Part shown: piece after piece, positions 1 to 10,051 of the stretch
Layout: every line of letters begins with the position of its first letter
Numbering within the stretch: the first letter of the stretch is position 1
Virus record (IMG/VR): IMGVR_UViG_3300006868_000023
Span: 1 to 55,840 of that record
Strand: one strand, 5' to 3'
DNA length: 55,840 nt
Source: a virus
Lineage: Duplodnaviria > Caudoviricetes
Notes under the pieces: model-generated
Told to the model about the DNA's origin: nothing
Database searches by the model: none
The model's input: the letters and a program-made list of their open reading frames with translations, nothing else
Program-made: the position numbers and the translations under genes

Positions 1-21
1 AGTAACCAAACTGGAGTATAA

Positions 22-519
22 ATGAAAATTTTAACATTAGAAAATGAGGCATATGATTTAGATAGTGTGCCTAACGAAGTAGACGATTTAAGATACTGCG
101 TCTTTGATGCAGGTGATACAGAATTTCAAGACTATTATTGGTTACCATTAATTTTCTTAGAAAGTTTCCATGCTCCGGCAATCTGTTTAAACATTGGAGA
201 ACACACTTTACAAATGCCAATGGATTGGAGCATTGTAACAAGTGATGAGGATTTTGGTGGTCTAGAAGTTATCCCTTTAGCAAGTTTAAACAATAGAGGA
301 TTTGTTACACCTATCTTTAATCCAATGAAGAGTTGGATGCCACAAGCGGCAGAAATACAAATAACAAATGTATTCCAGGACGTTAAATGGTTTTTTCCAA
401 AACTTAAAAACGGACACTTATTAGTTGTACCACTAGAAGACAAACCAGAACCTAAATGTGCAATGTTTGTAAAAGAAACAAATAAAGTAAAAGATATGGA
501 TATAGCAGATATGCTATAG
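22..519 (+). CDS. Hypothetical phage protein
   Basis: 165-aa ORF with GGAG SD; no motif recognised. Confidence 0.7.
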   Translation: MKILTLENEAYDLDSVPNEVDDLRYCVFDAGDTEFQDYYWLPLIFLESFHAPAICLNIGEHTLQMPMDWSIVTSDEDFGGLEVIPLASLNNRGFVTPIFNPMKSWMPQAAEIQITNVFQDVKWFFPKLKNGHLLVVPLEDKPEPKCAMFVKETNKVKDMDIADML

Positions 520-528
520 GAGTAAAAT

Positions 529-822
529 ATGAATATAAGACCAATGAATGATCACATAGTAATTATACCGGAAGAAATTGATAATGTTTCTGCAGGTGGA
601 ATTGTTATAGCAACTACTGAGAAAGCAGAGCCGGTAAAAGGCACAGTGATAGCAGTAGGCCCCGGCAAACTTAATAGCAAGGGCGACAGAAAACCTTTAG
701 GTATAGAGGTAGGAGATAAAATTATTTTTGTTAAAGGAACAGGTAATGAGATGGAACTAGAAGGAACAAAATATGTTTTTCTTTTAGCAGAACATATCAT
801 TGCTTTAGAAAAAGGAGAATAA
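529..822 (+). CDS. groES: Co-chaperonin GroES (Cpn10)
   Basis: MNIRPMNDHIVI...SAGGIVI...GTVIAVGPG...VGDKI: canonical Cpn10 signature; AGGAG SD. Confidence 0.93.
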   Translation: MNIRPMNDHIVIIPEEIDNVSAGGIVIATTEKAEPVKGTVIAVGPGKLNSKGDRKPLGIEVGDKIIFVKGTGNEMELEGTKYVFLLAEHIIALEKGE

Positions 823-823
823 T

Positions 824-1522
824 ATGGCAAAATATAGATATAGAATTGAAGCAGGTAACTACGGTGGTGAACTCACTATCGGTGAAGTATCTGCAGACTT
901 TGTAGAGTATTGGAAACATGAGGAACAAGAAGACCTCATTGACCAAGTAACATCATTTGATGAATGGGAAGAATCTGATACTCCAGACGATGCATTAGAA
1001 GATCCTGATGCACCACCAGTATTAGAAAGTTATTGGCACGACATTGATGACTTAGAGCATCAAAACGGTTGCTATACAGACGGCACGTGGACTGTTACAC
1101 CTGTTCCAGCAGACGGTTCTGATGATTGGGCATACGATGATTCGTTTGAAGTTGAACCAACACACATGTACAGTAGAGAATGTTATAGTTCAGATGAGAT
1201 CGATGAAGAGTATGAGGATCAAACTGTACCTGTGTTAGCATTCCACAGTTCAGAGAAAGGTTCATTTGCATGTTGGTTTTTAGATACTGATGAAGAGTTT
1301 GATGCAGAGAAATTGAGATTTGGCAGTTGCGAAAGTGATCTTGCTGATCTTGTTGAAACTGTTTACTACGGTAAAGAAGAACTTGAATCAAACTATGATT
1401 ACAACGACACAACAGGCAAGGCATACTATGCTCGTGTTGGTTACGTCAATAGAAAGTGGCATGACCAATTGAGTTATTACACTGTTGAGCAATTAGAAGA
1501 AGATGGATACTTTGACGAGTGA
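824..1522 (+). CDS. Acidic hypothetical phage protein
   Basis: 232-aa D/E-rich ORF, AGGAG SD. Confidence 0.7.
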   Translation: MAKYRYRIEAGNYGGELTIGEVSADFVEYWKHEEQEDLIDQVTSFDEWEESDTPDDALEDPDAPPVLESYWHDIDDLEHQNGCYTDGTWTVTPVPADGSDDWAYDDSFEVEPTHMYSRECYSSDEIDEEYEDQTVPVLAFHSSEKGSFACWFLDTDEEFDAEKLRFGSCESDLADLVETVYYGKEELESNYDYNDTTGKAYYARVGYVNRKWHDQLSYYTVEQLEEDGYFDE

Positions 1523-1788
1523 CGTCAATGTACGGCCATCCGGCTTACACCAGGTACCCACATTTGAAACCAGGACCAACAGATGCCAAGTATACCAAGT
1601 GGAAAAAGAAATTTGCTTGGCGACCCATTAAAACTCTAGGTGGCGAAACAGTATGGCTTAAATACGTATACAAGAGACACAGGATAGTAGAGTGGACGCC
1701 ACCACAGTTTCCACCAAAGGCATTTGACACTATTCAATACGAAACCATAGAAAACATAATAGAACGCAAATTAACAGGTAAAGATTGA
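1519..1788 (+). CDS. Hypothetical protein
   Basis: Basic 89-aa ORF overlapping both neighbours; WKKKFAWRPIK...VWLKYVY. Confidence 0.6.
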   Translation: MTSMYGHPAYTRYPHLKPGPTDAKYTKWKKKFAWRPIKTLGGETVWLKYVYKRHRIVEWTPPQFPPKAFDTIQYETIENIIERKLTGKD

Positions 1789-2819
1789 TGCTTAGTAAAG
1801 CACAAAAAGTTTTAGACACAATACAAGTAAATCACAACAAAGACAAATTAAAACTGTGTATATATGGAGACAGTTTTGCTGATCCAACAAACACAGAAAT
1901 GTGCGATCCAGACCACATAGGGCACGAACCATGGCCTTCATTAGTAGCAGAATATTTCTTATCCCTAAGCGGAGAAATACTTAGTGAACAAGGTCATGAA
2001 GATTTACTGAGGGGCCACTTACATAAAGGTCCTGTTGAAATCAAAGGTCGTGGCGGCACAAACTTATGGTGGTCATTGAAAAATCTTGTCAGTGATATTA
2101 ATGCTTCTAAATCAATTGAAAATGTTGTTTTTGTCCACACAAATCCTCAAAGAATTCTTTCTCTGTTAGAACCTGATGAAACCAAGGCTTTTCTTAGTCC
2201 AGATTTTTCAGCACTGGAAGAAGAATTAAGTGACGCCAAACAAGATTCAGACGAACTACAACAGTTTGTAAATTTATATTACAAGTACAGTCACGATGAA
2301 CTACTTAATGATATGTTTGGACAAATGGTGTTTGATACTGTACAAGACTTGGCTAGAAAACATAAATTCAAATTGATAAACATTATGCCATTTAGAAATT
2401 CTGGAGGTACTATACCAGGTCTACCAGATGTACCTATAGTGGATGTTTCTGAGAGAGCAGGTCCTGTGATATCAGGTTTGCAAAATGTATGTTTTGCAGA
2501 ATCAGGTTCTCCAAGTAGATATCTACATAGAAATGATTTCCATGACACGTGGCAGGGCTCTTATAAAGATGCTAGAAATCCTAATTGGGCTAGTGAAGAT
2601 GCAAACAGAGATCTTCGTTTGTGCCATATGAATGTAGATAACAACTGTTTGGTAGCACAAACTATCATAGACATGTTTTCACACTTAAATGAAGTTGATC
2701 CTAAGCATGGTGGAAGTTTGATTGTAGATTTGTATCATGAGGGTAAATTTATGAGCAGTCCAAAAAAATGGAGTTATTATAACTCAGCAGAATGGAGCAA
2801 TAAGCATTATGCGGATTGA
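1788..2819 (+). CDS. SGNH/GDSL-like hypothetical protein
   Basis: N-terminal IYGDSF (GDS block I), GRGGT and a late CH motif; resemblance only. Confidence 0.45.
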   Translation: MLSKAQKVLDTIQVNHNKDKLKLCIYGDSFADPTNTEMCDPDHIGHEPWPSLVAEYFLSLSGEILSEQGHEDLLRGHLHKGPVEIKGRGGTNLWWSLKNLVSDINASKSIENVVFVHTNPQRILSLLEPDETKAFLSPDFSALEEELSDAKQDSDELQQFVNLYYKYSHDELLNDMFGQMVFDTVQDLARKHKFKLINIMPFRNSGGTIPGLPDVPIVDVSERAGPVISGLQNVCFAESGSPSRYLHRNDFHDTWQGSYKDARNPNWASEDANRDLRLCHMNVDNNCLVAQTIIDMFSHLNEVDPKHGGSLIVDLYHEGKFMSSPKKWSYYNSAEWSNKHYAD

Positions 2820-3927
2820 ACGTGATGTAAAATTAGATTACAGTGATGTGCTGTTTAGACCTAAACGTAGCGAAATTGGCAGTCGCAAAGATGTTGATTT
2901 ACATCGAACATACACTTTTAGAAACAGTGGTAAAACATACAGTGGTGTACCTATCATGGCCGCTAACATGGATGGTGTTGGCACATTTGAAATGGCACTA
3001 CCACTTGCAAAAAAAGGTATGTTTACTTGTTTAGCAAAAAGTTATGACCCAGCAGACATTTGGGATTGGCTAAACAACAATCCATACAAAGATGATCTAT
3101 GTAAAACTATTGCTGTAAGCACTGGTATCACAGACTTTGATTTAGAACGTGTAACAAAAACACTTAAATTAAGCAGAAGCATTGACTTTGTTTGCATTGA
3201 TGTAGCAAATGGATATTCGGAAAGGTTCATAGACTTTGTTAAAAAGTTTAGAGAAAATAATCCAAACGTAACAATTATTGCAGGTAATGTTGTAACACCT
3301 GATATCACAGAGGAGTTGATACTAAATGGAGCAGATATCGTTAAAGTTGGTATTGGGCCTGGCAGTGTTTGTACTACTAGGATTAAGACTGGTGTTGGGT
3401 ACCCGCAGTTATCCGCAGTCATTGAGTGTGCTGACGCCGCTCACGGTCTTGGTGGACACATCATTGCTGATGGCGGTTGTAGTAGTCCTGGAGATGTAGC
3501 CAAAGCATTTGGAGCAGGTGCCGATTTTGTAATGCTGGGTGGTATGTTAGCAGGTACAGATGAAGGCGGAGGCAAAGTTACCACTAAATATTATTACACT
3601 GATGAGAAAAATACCGGTGCGGCAAGTGGTAGCAGACAAACCGTAGAAAAAAGTTTTGTAGAATTCTATGGCATGAGTTCTACATCAGCACAGGAGAAAC
3701 ATGGTGGAACAAAAGAGTACAGAGCAAGTGAAGGTAGAGTTGTACGAGTACCTTACAAAGGTCCTATTGAACCCGTTATCGGAGACATACTTGGTGGTCT
3801 CCGCAGTACTTGTACTTATGTTGGTGCAAAGAGTCTAAAAGAATTAAGTAAACGCACAACTTTTGTGCAGGTTAATAACGGAAAGCAGTTTAATACAACT
3901 TACGAACCATTTACTGTAGGTGAATAA
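2809..3927 (+). CDS. guaC: GMP reductase
   Basis: [42 protein letters not shown], catalytic [25 protein letters not shown]; no CBS domains. Confidence 0.95.
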   Translation: MRIERDVKLDYSDVLFRPKRSEIGSRKDVDLHRTYTFRNSGKTYSGVPIMAANMDGVGTFEMALPLAKKGMFTCLAKSYDPADIWDWLNNNPYKDDLCKTIAVSTGITDFDLERVTKTLKLSRSIDFVCIDVANGYSERFIDFVKKFRENNPNVTIIAGNVVTPDITEELILNGADIVKVGIGPGSVCTTRIKTGVGYPQLSAVIECADAAHGLGGHIIADGGCSSPGDVAKAFGAGADFVMLGGMLAGTDEGGGKVTTKYYYTDEKNTGAASGSRQTVEKSFVEFYGMSSTSAQEKHGGTKEYRASEGRVVRVPYKGPIEPVIGDILGGLRSTCTYVGAKSLKELSKRTTFVQVNNGKQFNTTYEPFTVGE

Positions 3928-3955
3928 ATACTGTTTTAATAAATATAATTAAATT

Positions 3956-4864
3956 ATGAGCATACAAGAAAATATATTAAGGTATAACAGGCAACCTGAA
4001 TTATCACCTTGGTTTCAAGACAAACTTACAGAATTAATTTCTTTCGGAGTCTATCATAACAATATCGCTGAACTCAGCAGATCAATTGTTAGCGAACTTG
4101 CAAAATACAAACTAAAATACAATATTGAAAATGTTGTTATCGGTATCAGCGGTGGTATTGACAGTGCTGTTACTGCCGCACTTTTCAAGAATGCAGGTTG
4201 GACTGTAACAGGCGTATTGATGCCTATACACCAAAACCCGGAAGAAACTGCCAGAGGAAAAGAACTTTGTGAAGCATTAGGTATCAATCATTTAGAAAAA
4301 GATCTCACAGAAATTTTTGATTATGTAAGCAATAATATTTACAACTTTGGAGAAGACGACAAGATTAGACTAGGTAATATCAGGGCAAGACTGAGAATGA
4401 TTACCCTATATGATTTAGCAAGTGCTAAAGGTGGCCTTGTAGCCAGCACAGATAACTTTAGTGAACTTGCCGCAGGTTTTTGGACATTGCATGGTGACGT
4501 TGGTGACGTCTCACCTATCCAAGCAATGACAAAAAGTTGGGAGATTCCTGCATTAGCAGAATATCTCAATGTACCACAATCAATTGTGGAGGCGGTGCCT
4601 ACAGACGGTTTAGGTATTGCCAATGGTGACGAAGACCAATTTGGTTTCAGTTACTTGGAGTTCGATATTGCACTGTTCACTCTTATGAGAGGCGGTGTTA
4701 ATATGGAAAAACTAAATGAGCAAGATAAAGCGATTGTTCAGGCTGTCGCTGACAGAGTGAGGAGTACTACTTACAAACGAGCAAATCCTTTCAATCTTGT
4801 ACACCCGTTCGATGGTTCACGTTATGAGGACCTAGAACAATTAGATATATATCTTAGGAGTTAA
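3956..4864 (+). CDS. nadE: NH3-dependent NAD+ synthetase
   Basis: VIGISGGIDSAV PP-loop, GNIRARLRM, STDNFSE, GFWTLHGD, PTDGL...DEDQFG. Confidence 0.9.
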   Translation: MSIQENILRYNRQPELSPWFQDKLTELISFGVYHNNIAELSRSIVSELAKYKLKYNIENVVIGISGGIDSAVTAALFKNAGWTVTGVLMPIHQNPEETARGKELCEALGINHLEKDLTEIFDYVSNNIYNFGEDDKIRLGNIRARLRMITLYDLASAKGGLVASTDNFSELAAGFWTLHGDVGDVSPIQAMTKSWEIPALAEYLNVPQSIVEAVPTDGLGIANGDEDQFGFSYLEFDIALFTLMRGGVNMEKLNEQDKAIVQAVADRVRSTTYKRANPFNLVHPFDGSRYEDLEQLDIYLRS

Positions 4865-4867
4865 ATT

Positions 4868-5179
4868 ATGGAAATTGTATTCATTATTGGTCTCTTAGTA
4901 TTGGGTGGCGTTGTTTGGTACTTTAATAAAGACAAAGGTCTTGACGTTAACAATGACGGCAAGGTTGATGTTAAAGATATTAAAGAAGCAGTTGACAATG
5001 CTAAAGCAGGTGTTAAAGAAGAAATTAAAAAACTTCCTTCACTTGCTAAATTAAAAGCACAAACCAAAGCACAACTCGAAGAGTTAGGCAGAGAGTTTGG
5101 TGTTGAACTCGATAAGAGAAAAAACAAAGATACAATGATTGCCGATCTTAAAAAAGGCATCAAATCTCAGAAGAAGTAA
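4868..5179 (+). CDS. Small membrane-anchored protein with EF-hand-like loop and basic C-terminal helical domain
   Basis: N-terminal TM; DVNNDGKVD; TKAQLEELGREFGVELDKRKNKDTMI (Rho-N/HeH-like). Confidence 0.6.
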   Translation: MEIVFIIGLLVLGGVVWYFNKDKGLDVNNDGKVDVKDIKEAVDNAKAGVKEEIKKLPSLAKLKAQTKAQLEELGREFGVELDKRKNKDTMIADLKKGIKSQKK

Positions 5180-5200
5180 ATTCTTTTGTTTGCAAACATA

Positions 5201-5232
5201 AGAAGCCAGCCTATGTGCTGGCTTTTTATTTT
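5201..5232 (+). terminator. Rho-independent terminator
   Basis: AAGCCAGC-ctatgt-GCTGGCTT followed by TTTATTTT. Confidence 0.8.
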
Positions 5233-5249
5233 CTAATATAAGTATACGT

Positions 5250-6716
5250 GTGAAAGTATTAATACTCAGTGAAAACACTGTAGGCGAAGGCCTGTATGTA
5301 AGTAACACTTATAGAAATATAGGTGCCACAGATGTTGCAAGACGTCTCGATCAACGTGGCATAGAAAACACAATTATCGATTGGTTCAGTAGATGGCCAC
5401 ATGATACACTGCTAGAATGTATAATATCTTACCTTAAGGATTCTAAAGACCCAATTATTGCAATTAGTACGCCATTTAGTAACAACGTTACATATGAAAT
5501 TGAGGACGTTTTATTGCAAGTTAAGCAAGAATTACCATATGTCAAAACCATACTAGGTGGTAATAGATTCTTTGAAAAAGGACTCTCAAATGTTGTAGAT
5601 TACTTTTTTATTGGACGCAGTATGGAGATATTTGAAACGTGGTTAGATGGTGGTGACATGATAAAGTATGCTACCAAATACCCTAATGTATTCTTAAATC
5701 GCAATGTAGATGTAAACATAGAAAAGCCTGTGATAGGCTATTTCAGAGACAGTGACTTTATTACCAGTAAAGATATTGTGGGTTTTGAAATAGGATTAGG
5801 CTGTAAGTTTAATTGCAGTTTTTGCAGTTTTGATTTACGCAATACCAAAAATCCATTATTGCAAGAATCAAAATACATTGCACAGTTTATGGAACACATG
5901 AACAAAAAATATGGCACAGAACATTTTTATCTTGCTGACGATACGTGTAATGAAGACACAAAAAAATTACAAATACTACTAGATGCACAAAATGCTGTTG
6001 ACTTTGATCCAAAGATGGCAGGCTTTTTTAGAGTTGAGTTGTTTGGTATGCAAGAGCAACAAGAACTATGGGAACAATTAAAGATATCGGGCGTGAGTTT
6101 TGGCATAGAAACACTAGAAAGTTCTAGTTCTAAGTTTGCAAACAAAAGTGGCAACACTGAGAAAACTGTAGACATACTGAAAAAATTAAAAAAACTGTCA
6201 CCTAACACACTGATCACCAGTGGCATTATTGTTGGCTTGCAAGGCGAAACCGAAGCCACCTTTCAAACCAACATTAGAAGAATTGTAGATGAAAAGTTAT
6301 TAGACGGTATGTTCCTCAGCATACTGCAACTAGATAAACCCAACAGCGATGTATATGATGACAACTATATTAGTGCATTGAGTGCTAATCCTGAGAAGTA
6401 TGGTTATGAGATCATAGGTTCAGAAATATACAGAGGCAGTATGGAATTACTGCATTGGAAAAATAATTGGACTGATTTTAACAGTGCATTCAAAATCAGA
6501 GACAGAGCTCAAGCATACATGACAGCACACCATGTTCCTATGATAAGTGCATTCGAGTATCTCAACTTTATGGCACACGGAATAACAACCAATGTACCTG
6601 AGTATCTGGCATCACACAAAATTATTGAAACAAGATCTATCACAGTTGCTACTAAAGTCAGAAGGGACTACATTGATAAAAAAACTGAATGGTTCAAAAA
6701 TTACCATAAAACTTAA
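5250..6716 (+). CDS. Radical SAM enzyme (class B/B12-binding-like architecture)
   Basis: GCKFNCSFC (CxxxCxxC), ILGG in the N-terminal domain, LADDT, FGIETL, GIIVGL; GTG start 5 nt after TAAGTA. Confidence 0.85.
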   Translation: MKVLILSENTVGEGLYVSNTYRNIGATDVARRLDQRGIENTIIDWFSRWPHDTLLECIISYLKDSKDPIIAISTPFSNNVTYEIEDVLLQVKQELPYVKTILGGNRFFEKGLSNVVDYFFIGRSMEIFETWLDGGDMIKYATKYPNVFLNRNVDVNIEKPVIGYFRDSDFITSKDIVGFEIGLGCKFNCSFCSFDLRNTKNPLLQESKYIAQFMEHMNKKYGTEHFYLADDTCNEDTKKLQILLDAQNAVDFDPKMAGFFRVELFGMQEQQELWEQLKISGVSFGIETLESSSSKFANKSGNTEKTVDILKKLKKLSPNTLITSGIIVGLQGETEATFQTNIRRIVDEKLLDGMFLSILQLDKPNSDVYDDNYISALSANPEKYGYEIIGSEIYRGSMELLHWKNNWTDFNSAFKIRDRAQAYMTAHHVPMISAFEYLNFMAHGITTNVPEYLASHKIIETRSITVATKVRRDYIDKKTEWFKNYHKT

Positions 6717-6735
6717 CTGATGTTTTAACTATTGA

Positions 6736-6900
6736 TAAATATCCATTGGAAGGTAGGGCACTTCCCTTCCACAACAATGTAAATGCTGATGCTTCGGGCC
6801 CTTGAGCCTACACTATGTATGTGTATGAAGGTCAACAAAAGTTAAGGAACTTTTTTTACACTGAGCTGTGCTCGTAAGAGGCAGTGAACGAAGTTGCTAA
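6736..6900 (+). promoter_or_regulatory. Late-type promoter (TAAATA 6736-6741) plus structured 5' leader / candidate cis-regulatory RNA
   Basis: Hairpins TGGAAGG/CCTTCCA (6747-6771), TACAC/GTGTA (6809-6825), AAAAGTT/AACTTTT (6837-6854), CACTG..CTC-GTAA-GAG..CAGTG (6859-6886). Confidence 0.5.
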
Positions 6901-6926
6901 ATTTAATTTAGGACTGGAGAATACAC

Positions 6927-7088
6927 ATGACGACCTTAACCAAGGTTGCTTCATCACTCTTCGACTCTGTGAACACTATTAAAGAACGCATCTGCAACGA
7001 TGGACAATTTTGTGACGACCTTGCAATGGCTTTTCTTTCTGCTGTAACAGTGTGGATGATGGTGGTGGCAATGCAACCGCTAATCTAA
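6927..7088 (+). CDS. Small 53-aa protein with C-terminal hydrophobic segment (not in ORF track)
   Basis: GGAGA SD; MTTLTKVASSLFDSVNTIKERICNDGQFCDDLAMAFLSAVTVWMMVVAMQPLI; followed by a hairpin. Confidence 0.7.
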   Translation: MTTLTKVASSLFDSVNTIKERICNDGQFCDDLAMAFLSAVTVWMMVVAMQPLI

Positions 7089-7095
7089 AAGACAC

Positions 7096-7119
7096 TGAGG
7101 CTCACATTAGTGGGCCTCA
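7096..7119 (+). terminator. Stem-loop after the small ORF (terminator or stabiliser)
   Basis: TGAGGCTCAC-atta-GTGGGCCTCA; weak U tract. Confidence 0.55.
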
Positions 7120-7145
7120 TCCTTATGTAGGATATAAATATCAGT

Positions 7146-7538
7146 ATGTCAGACTTACAAGAATACACAAAACAAGCAATGCCAATTACTAATCCTACTG
7201 AATACGTAGAATGGCTCAATTCAATTGCTCCTGATACAAGAGTATTATCAGAAGAAAGAGTTGATACTGCATTTGTAGCAGGGTGCAGTGCGCCTGTATG
7301 GATAGCAGGTAACTTAAATGCTGACAGGAAATTGGAATTTACATTTGCCTGTGACAGTAGATTTGTGAGAGGCCTAGGTAAGATACTTACTGATGTCTAT
7401 AGCAATAAAACCAAAGAAGAAGTCTTACAAATAAAGTTTAGAGATTTTGAACACGTAACAAAATTTTTATTATTTGAAAGAAAAAGATCATTTCAAAAAT
7501 TTATTAATAAGATTTACAGTATTGCATTAAGTTCTTGA
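7146..7538 (+). CDS. SufE-like Fe-S assembly sulfur acceptor
   Basis: VAGCSAPVW matches the SufE V.GC.S.VW motif; downstream CDSRFVRGL. Confidence 0.75.
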   Translation: MSDLQEYTKQAMPITNPTEYVEWLNSIAPDTRVLSEERVDTAFVAGCSAPVWIAGNLNADRKLEFTFACDSRFVRGLGKILTDVYSNKTKEEVLQIKFRDFEHVTKFLLFERKRSFQKFINKIYSIALSS

Positions 7539-7589
7539 CATAATTAATAAACTGTTATACAATTAACATTTAACACACAGGTAATATAA

Positions 7590-8177
7590 ATGAATTTTGT
7601 TCCATACGTAATCGAAAAAACATCGGCAGGCGAACGTAGTTATGATATCTACAGTCGTCTATTAAAAGAAAGAATTGTTTTCTTAAATGGAGAAGTTAAT
7701 GACGCAGTGTCAAATAGCATTTGTGCTCAGTTACTTTTCCTAGAAGCAGATGACCCTGATACTGATATTAACTTTTATATCAACTCACCAGGAGGTGTTG
7801 TAACAGCAGGCATGGCCATGTACGACACAATGCAATACATCAAGCCAGAAGTATCAACTATTGTAATGGGACAAGCGGCCAGCATGGGTTCATTTCTTGC
7901 TAACGCAGGTGCACCAGGTAAACGTTTTATGTTGCCAGGAGCAAGACACATGATTCATCAACCACTAGGTGGTGCTCAAGGACAAGCCAGCGACATCCAA
8001 ATTCGTGCAAATGAAATTATGCGTATTAAACGTGAGCTCACAGAAGCATACGTTAAACACAATACCAAGGGAAAAACATACGAAGAGTTCGAATCAGCAA
8101 TGGATCGTGATAACTTTATGAATGCTCAAGAGGCATTAGACTTTGGCTTAGTTGACGAAATTATCACAAGTCGTTGA
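7590..8177 (+). CDS. clpP: ATP-dependent Clp protease proteolytic subunit
   Basis: [31 protein letters not shown], catalytic AASMG, MIHQP, MDRDNFM. Confidence 0.96.
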   Translation: MNFVPYVIEKTSAGERSYDIYSRLLKERIVFLNGEVNDAVSNSICAQLLFLEADDPDTDINFYINSPGGVVTAGMAMYDTMQYIKPEVSTIVMGQAASMGSFLANAGAPGKRFMLPGARHMIHQPLGGAQGQASDIQIRANEIMRIKRELTEAYVKHNTKGKTYEEFESAMDRDNFMNAQEALDFGLVDEIITSR

Positions 8178-8223
8178 TATCACATACTACTTAAACAATG
8201 CATTTATTTGGTTAAATAGTAGT

Positions 8224-8589
8224 ATGGAAGTGAAAACATTTAACCCAAAGCAAGATCTTGTAACCTTAACAGAAAGTGCCCAGCGACATTTTCTTATTCA
8301 AACTGAAGAAGCAGATGCTATAGGTATTAAGTTAAGTTTAACTGGTGGCGGTTGTGCAGGATTTATGTATGACTGGAAGTTAGTCAAAGACATATCTGAT
8401 ATAAATTTAACTGACTACAGCAAAGAATACACTGGTTGGACATTTTATCTAGATACTTTGAGCAAAGAATATCTAGCAGGTAGTACCATTGAATTGGTTA
8501 CTGGCATTGCTGGACAACACATAGAAATAAAGGCTCCACTTGCGGACAGTGCATGTGGTTGTGGTGAATCAGTAACATTTAAGATATGA
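8224..8589 (+). CDS. A-type Fe-S carrier (IscA/SufA/HesB family)
   Basis: GGGCAG and CGCGES motifs; ATG at 8224 lies 5 nt after TAAATA. Confidence 0.9.
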   Translation: MEVKTFNPKQDLVTLTESAQRHFLIQTEEADAIGIKLSLTGGGCAGFMYDWKLVKDISDINLTDYSKEYTGWTFYLDTLSKEYLAGSTIELVTGIAGQHIEIKAPLADSACGCGESVTFKI

Positions 8590-9434
8590 CATCAGAATAC
8601 GCATTTTTAGAATACACTTATAATCCTAATAGATATTCAGATGAATATATAGGAGAGCAACTTGCCGCTTTAGGTTTTCGTATGCGTACCTCAAGTGAGA
8701 CAAATAATGCTCAACTGTGGACTCAAAAAAATGCAATCATACTGTTAAGTAGATCAGATAACGCAGAAAAGGATGGTATTTCTGGTATAGGCTTTGTTAC
8801 CACATTAGATGATATCAAACACTTACCTGTCAAATATGACGATGATTTAGCAATGTATATCCTCGATAATTCAACAGGATTTAGAAGTCTGTTTGTTGAT
8901 GAGGAAGAATATACAAAAATCAGAAATATATTGTCAAGACATAAAGTATATGACTTACCTTCTTTTTCTAAACCTGAGTTACAACGCATAACAGGCATTG
9001 TGTATAATCAACATCACAGACAGGTAATGGATCACTATCAAGACATAGGCTTCAAGTTTACCAAACAGGGAGAAGCATATAATACTTTGGTAAGCAACAA
9101 TAATAGATTTAGCATCATGATTGATAGATTAAAAGTTGACAATGAAGTTCCTGCAATAATTCTTGATACTAACGATGTTTTTTCTTCAACTGCTAGTTTT
9201 ATTGTTAACAGTCTTGATCTAAAAGATTATAAAAATGCACAAGTTGATAACTTTGGTAATATGAATTACAAAATTAATTCTTATAACTGCTTGGCGTTTG
9301 GTAATGAGAACTCTTACAGTATTGAAAATAAAGTTGTTAAACCATTGCCAAATTTAGACGTGATATTTAGACAGAGAAAACAAACTATACACATACTTGA
9401 AAACACAATTTTAACTCACTATGAGCGAAACTAA
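8586..9434 (+). CDS. VOC/glyoxalase-fold protein resembling 4-hydroxyphenylpyruvate dioxygenase (degenerate)
   Basis: YAFLEYT...LAALGF...AQLWTQ..IILL..GISGIGF resembles the HPPD N-domain; second repeat HYQDIGF. Confidence 0.45.
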   Translation: MTSEYAFLEYTYNPNRYSDEYIGEQLAALGFRMRTSSETNNAQLWTQKNAIILLSRSDNAEKDGISGIGFVTTLDDIKHLPVKYDDDLAMYILDNSTGFRSLFVDEEEYTKIRNILSRHKVYDLPSFSKPELQRITGIVYNQHHRQVMDHYQDIGFKFTKQGEAYNTLVSNNNRFSIMIDRLKVDNEVPAIILDTNDVFSSTASFIVNSLDLKDYKNAQVDNFGNMNYKINSYNCLAFGNENSYSIENKVVKPLPNLDVIFRQRKQTIHILENTILTHYERN

Positions 9435-9744
9435 ACTTAAACGCAGTTCAACATATAACCGTATGTTCTCTGACGATAAGATGTTAGAGGCTTTTGGAAA
9501 ACTTAATCCTACTCTCACAGAACGCACAGCATACTTTGCAGAATGCTGGATTCAATGGCGGCCAAACAAGTATATGTTAATCAGAGGAAAGTCTGACAGA
9601 GAATTAAGAAAAATTTTGCTGGACTATGGATTACAAGATTTGTGGGACTTTCAATTAAAAAGCGGCCAGATTCGCTTTCGTTCATCCGACATGGCGGCGA
9701 TAAGTAAGTTAAGTATTGCAAAGGATTATATAAAAGATGTTTGA
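9421..9744 (+). CDS. Hypothetical protein
   Basis: 107-aa ORF in an overlapping run. Confidence 0.65.
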   Translation: MSETKLKRSSTYNRMFSDDKMLEAFGKLNPTLTERTAYFAECWIQWRPNKYMLIRGKSDRELRKILLDYGLQDLWDFQLKSGQIRFRSSDMAAISKLSIAKDYIKDV

Positions 9745-10051
9745 TTATTATGATTACGTTAACAAATTATCAGAAGATAAGTTAGTAACAGAAATTGATA
9801 AAATAACAAAACGTTTGCTAAGTACATCACCTACATCTCCAGTTGCAGGACAACTACAAGGTATGCTAGATTTGGCTAACCAAGCATACCAAGATTCCCT
9901 TTTCAAATCAAGAGTAAAGAAGGAAGATACTGTTATAGACATTGGCGAAATGGAAAGTGTTGATTACATTCCTGATGAATACAGTAAAGATGAACTAATG
10001 ATAGAAATTGTGAGATCTTACTTAGGAAAGGATGATACCAATGGAAAATAG
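9737..10051 (+). CDS. Hypothetical protein
   Basis: 104-aa ORF, AAGGA SD. Confidence 0.65.
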   Translation: MFDYYDYVNKLSEDKLVTEIDKITKRLLSTSPTSPVAGQLQGMLDLANQAYQDSLFKSRVKKEDTVIDIGEMESVDYIPDEYSKDELMIEIVRSYLGKDDTNGK

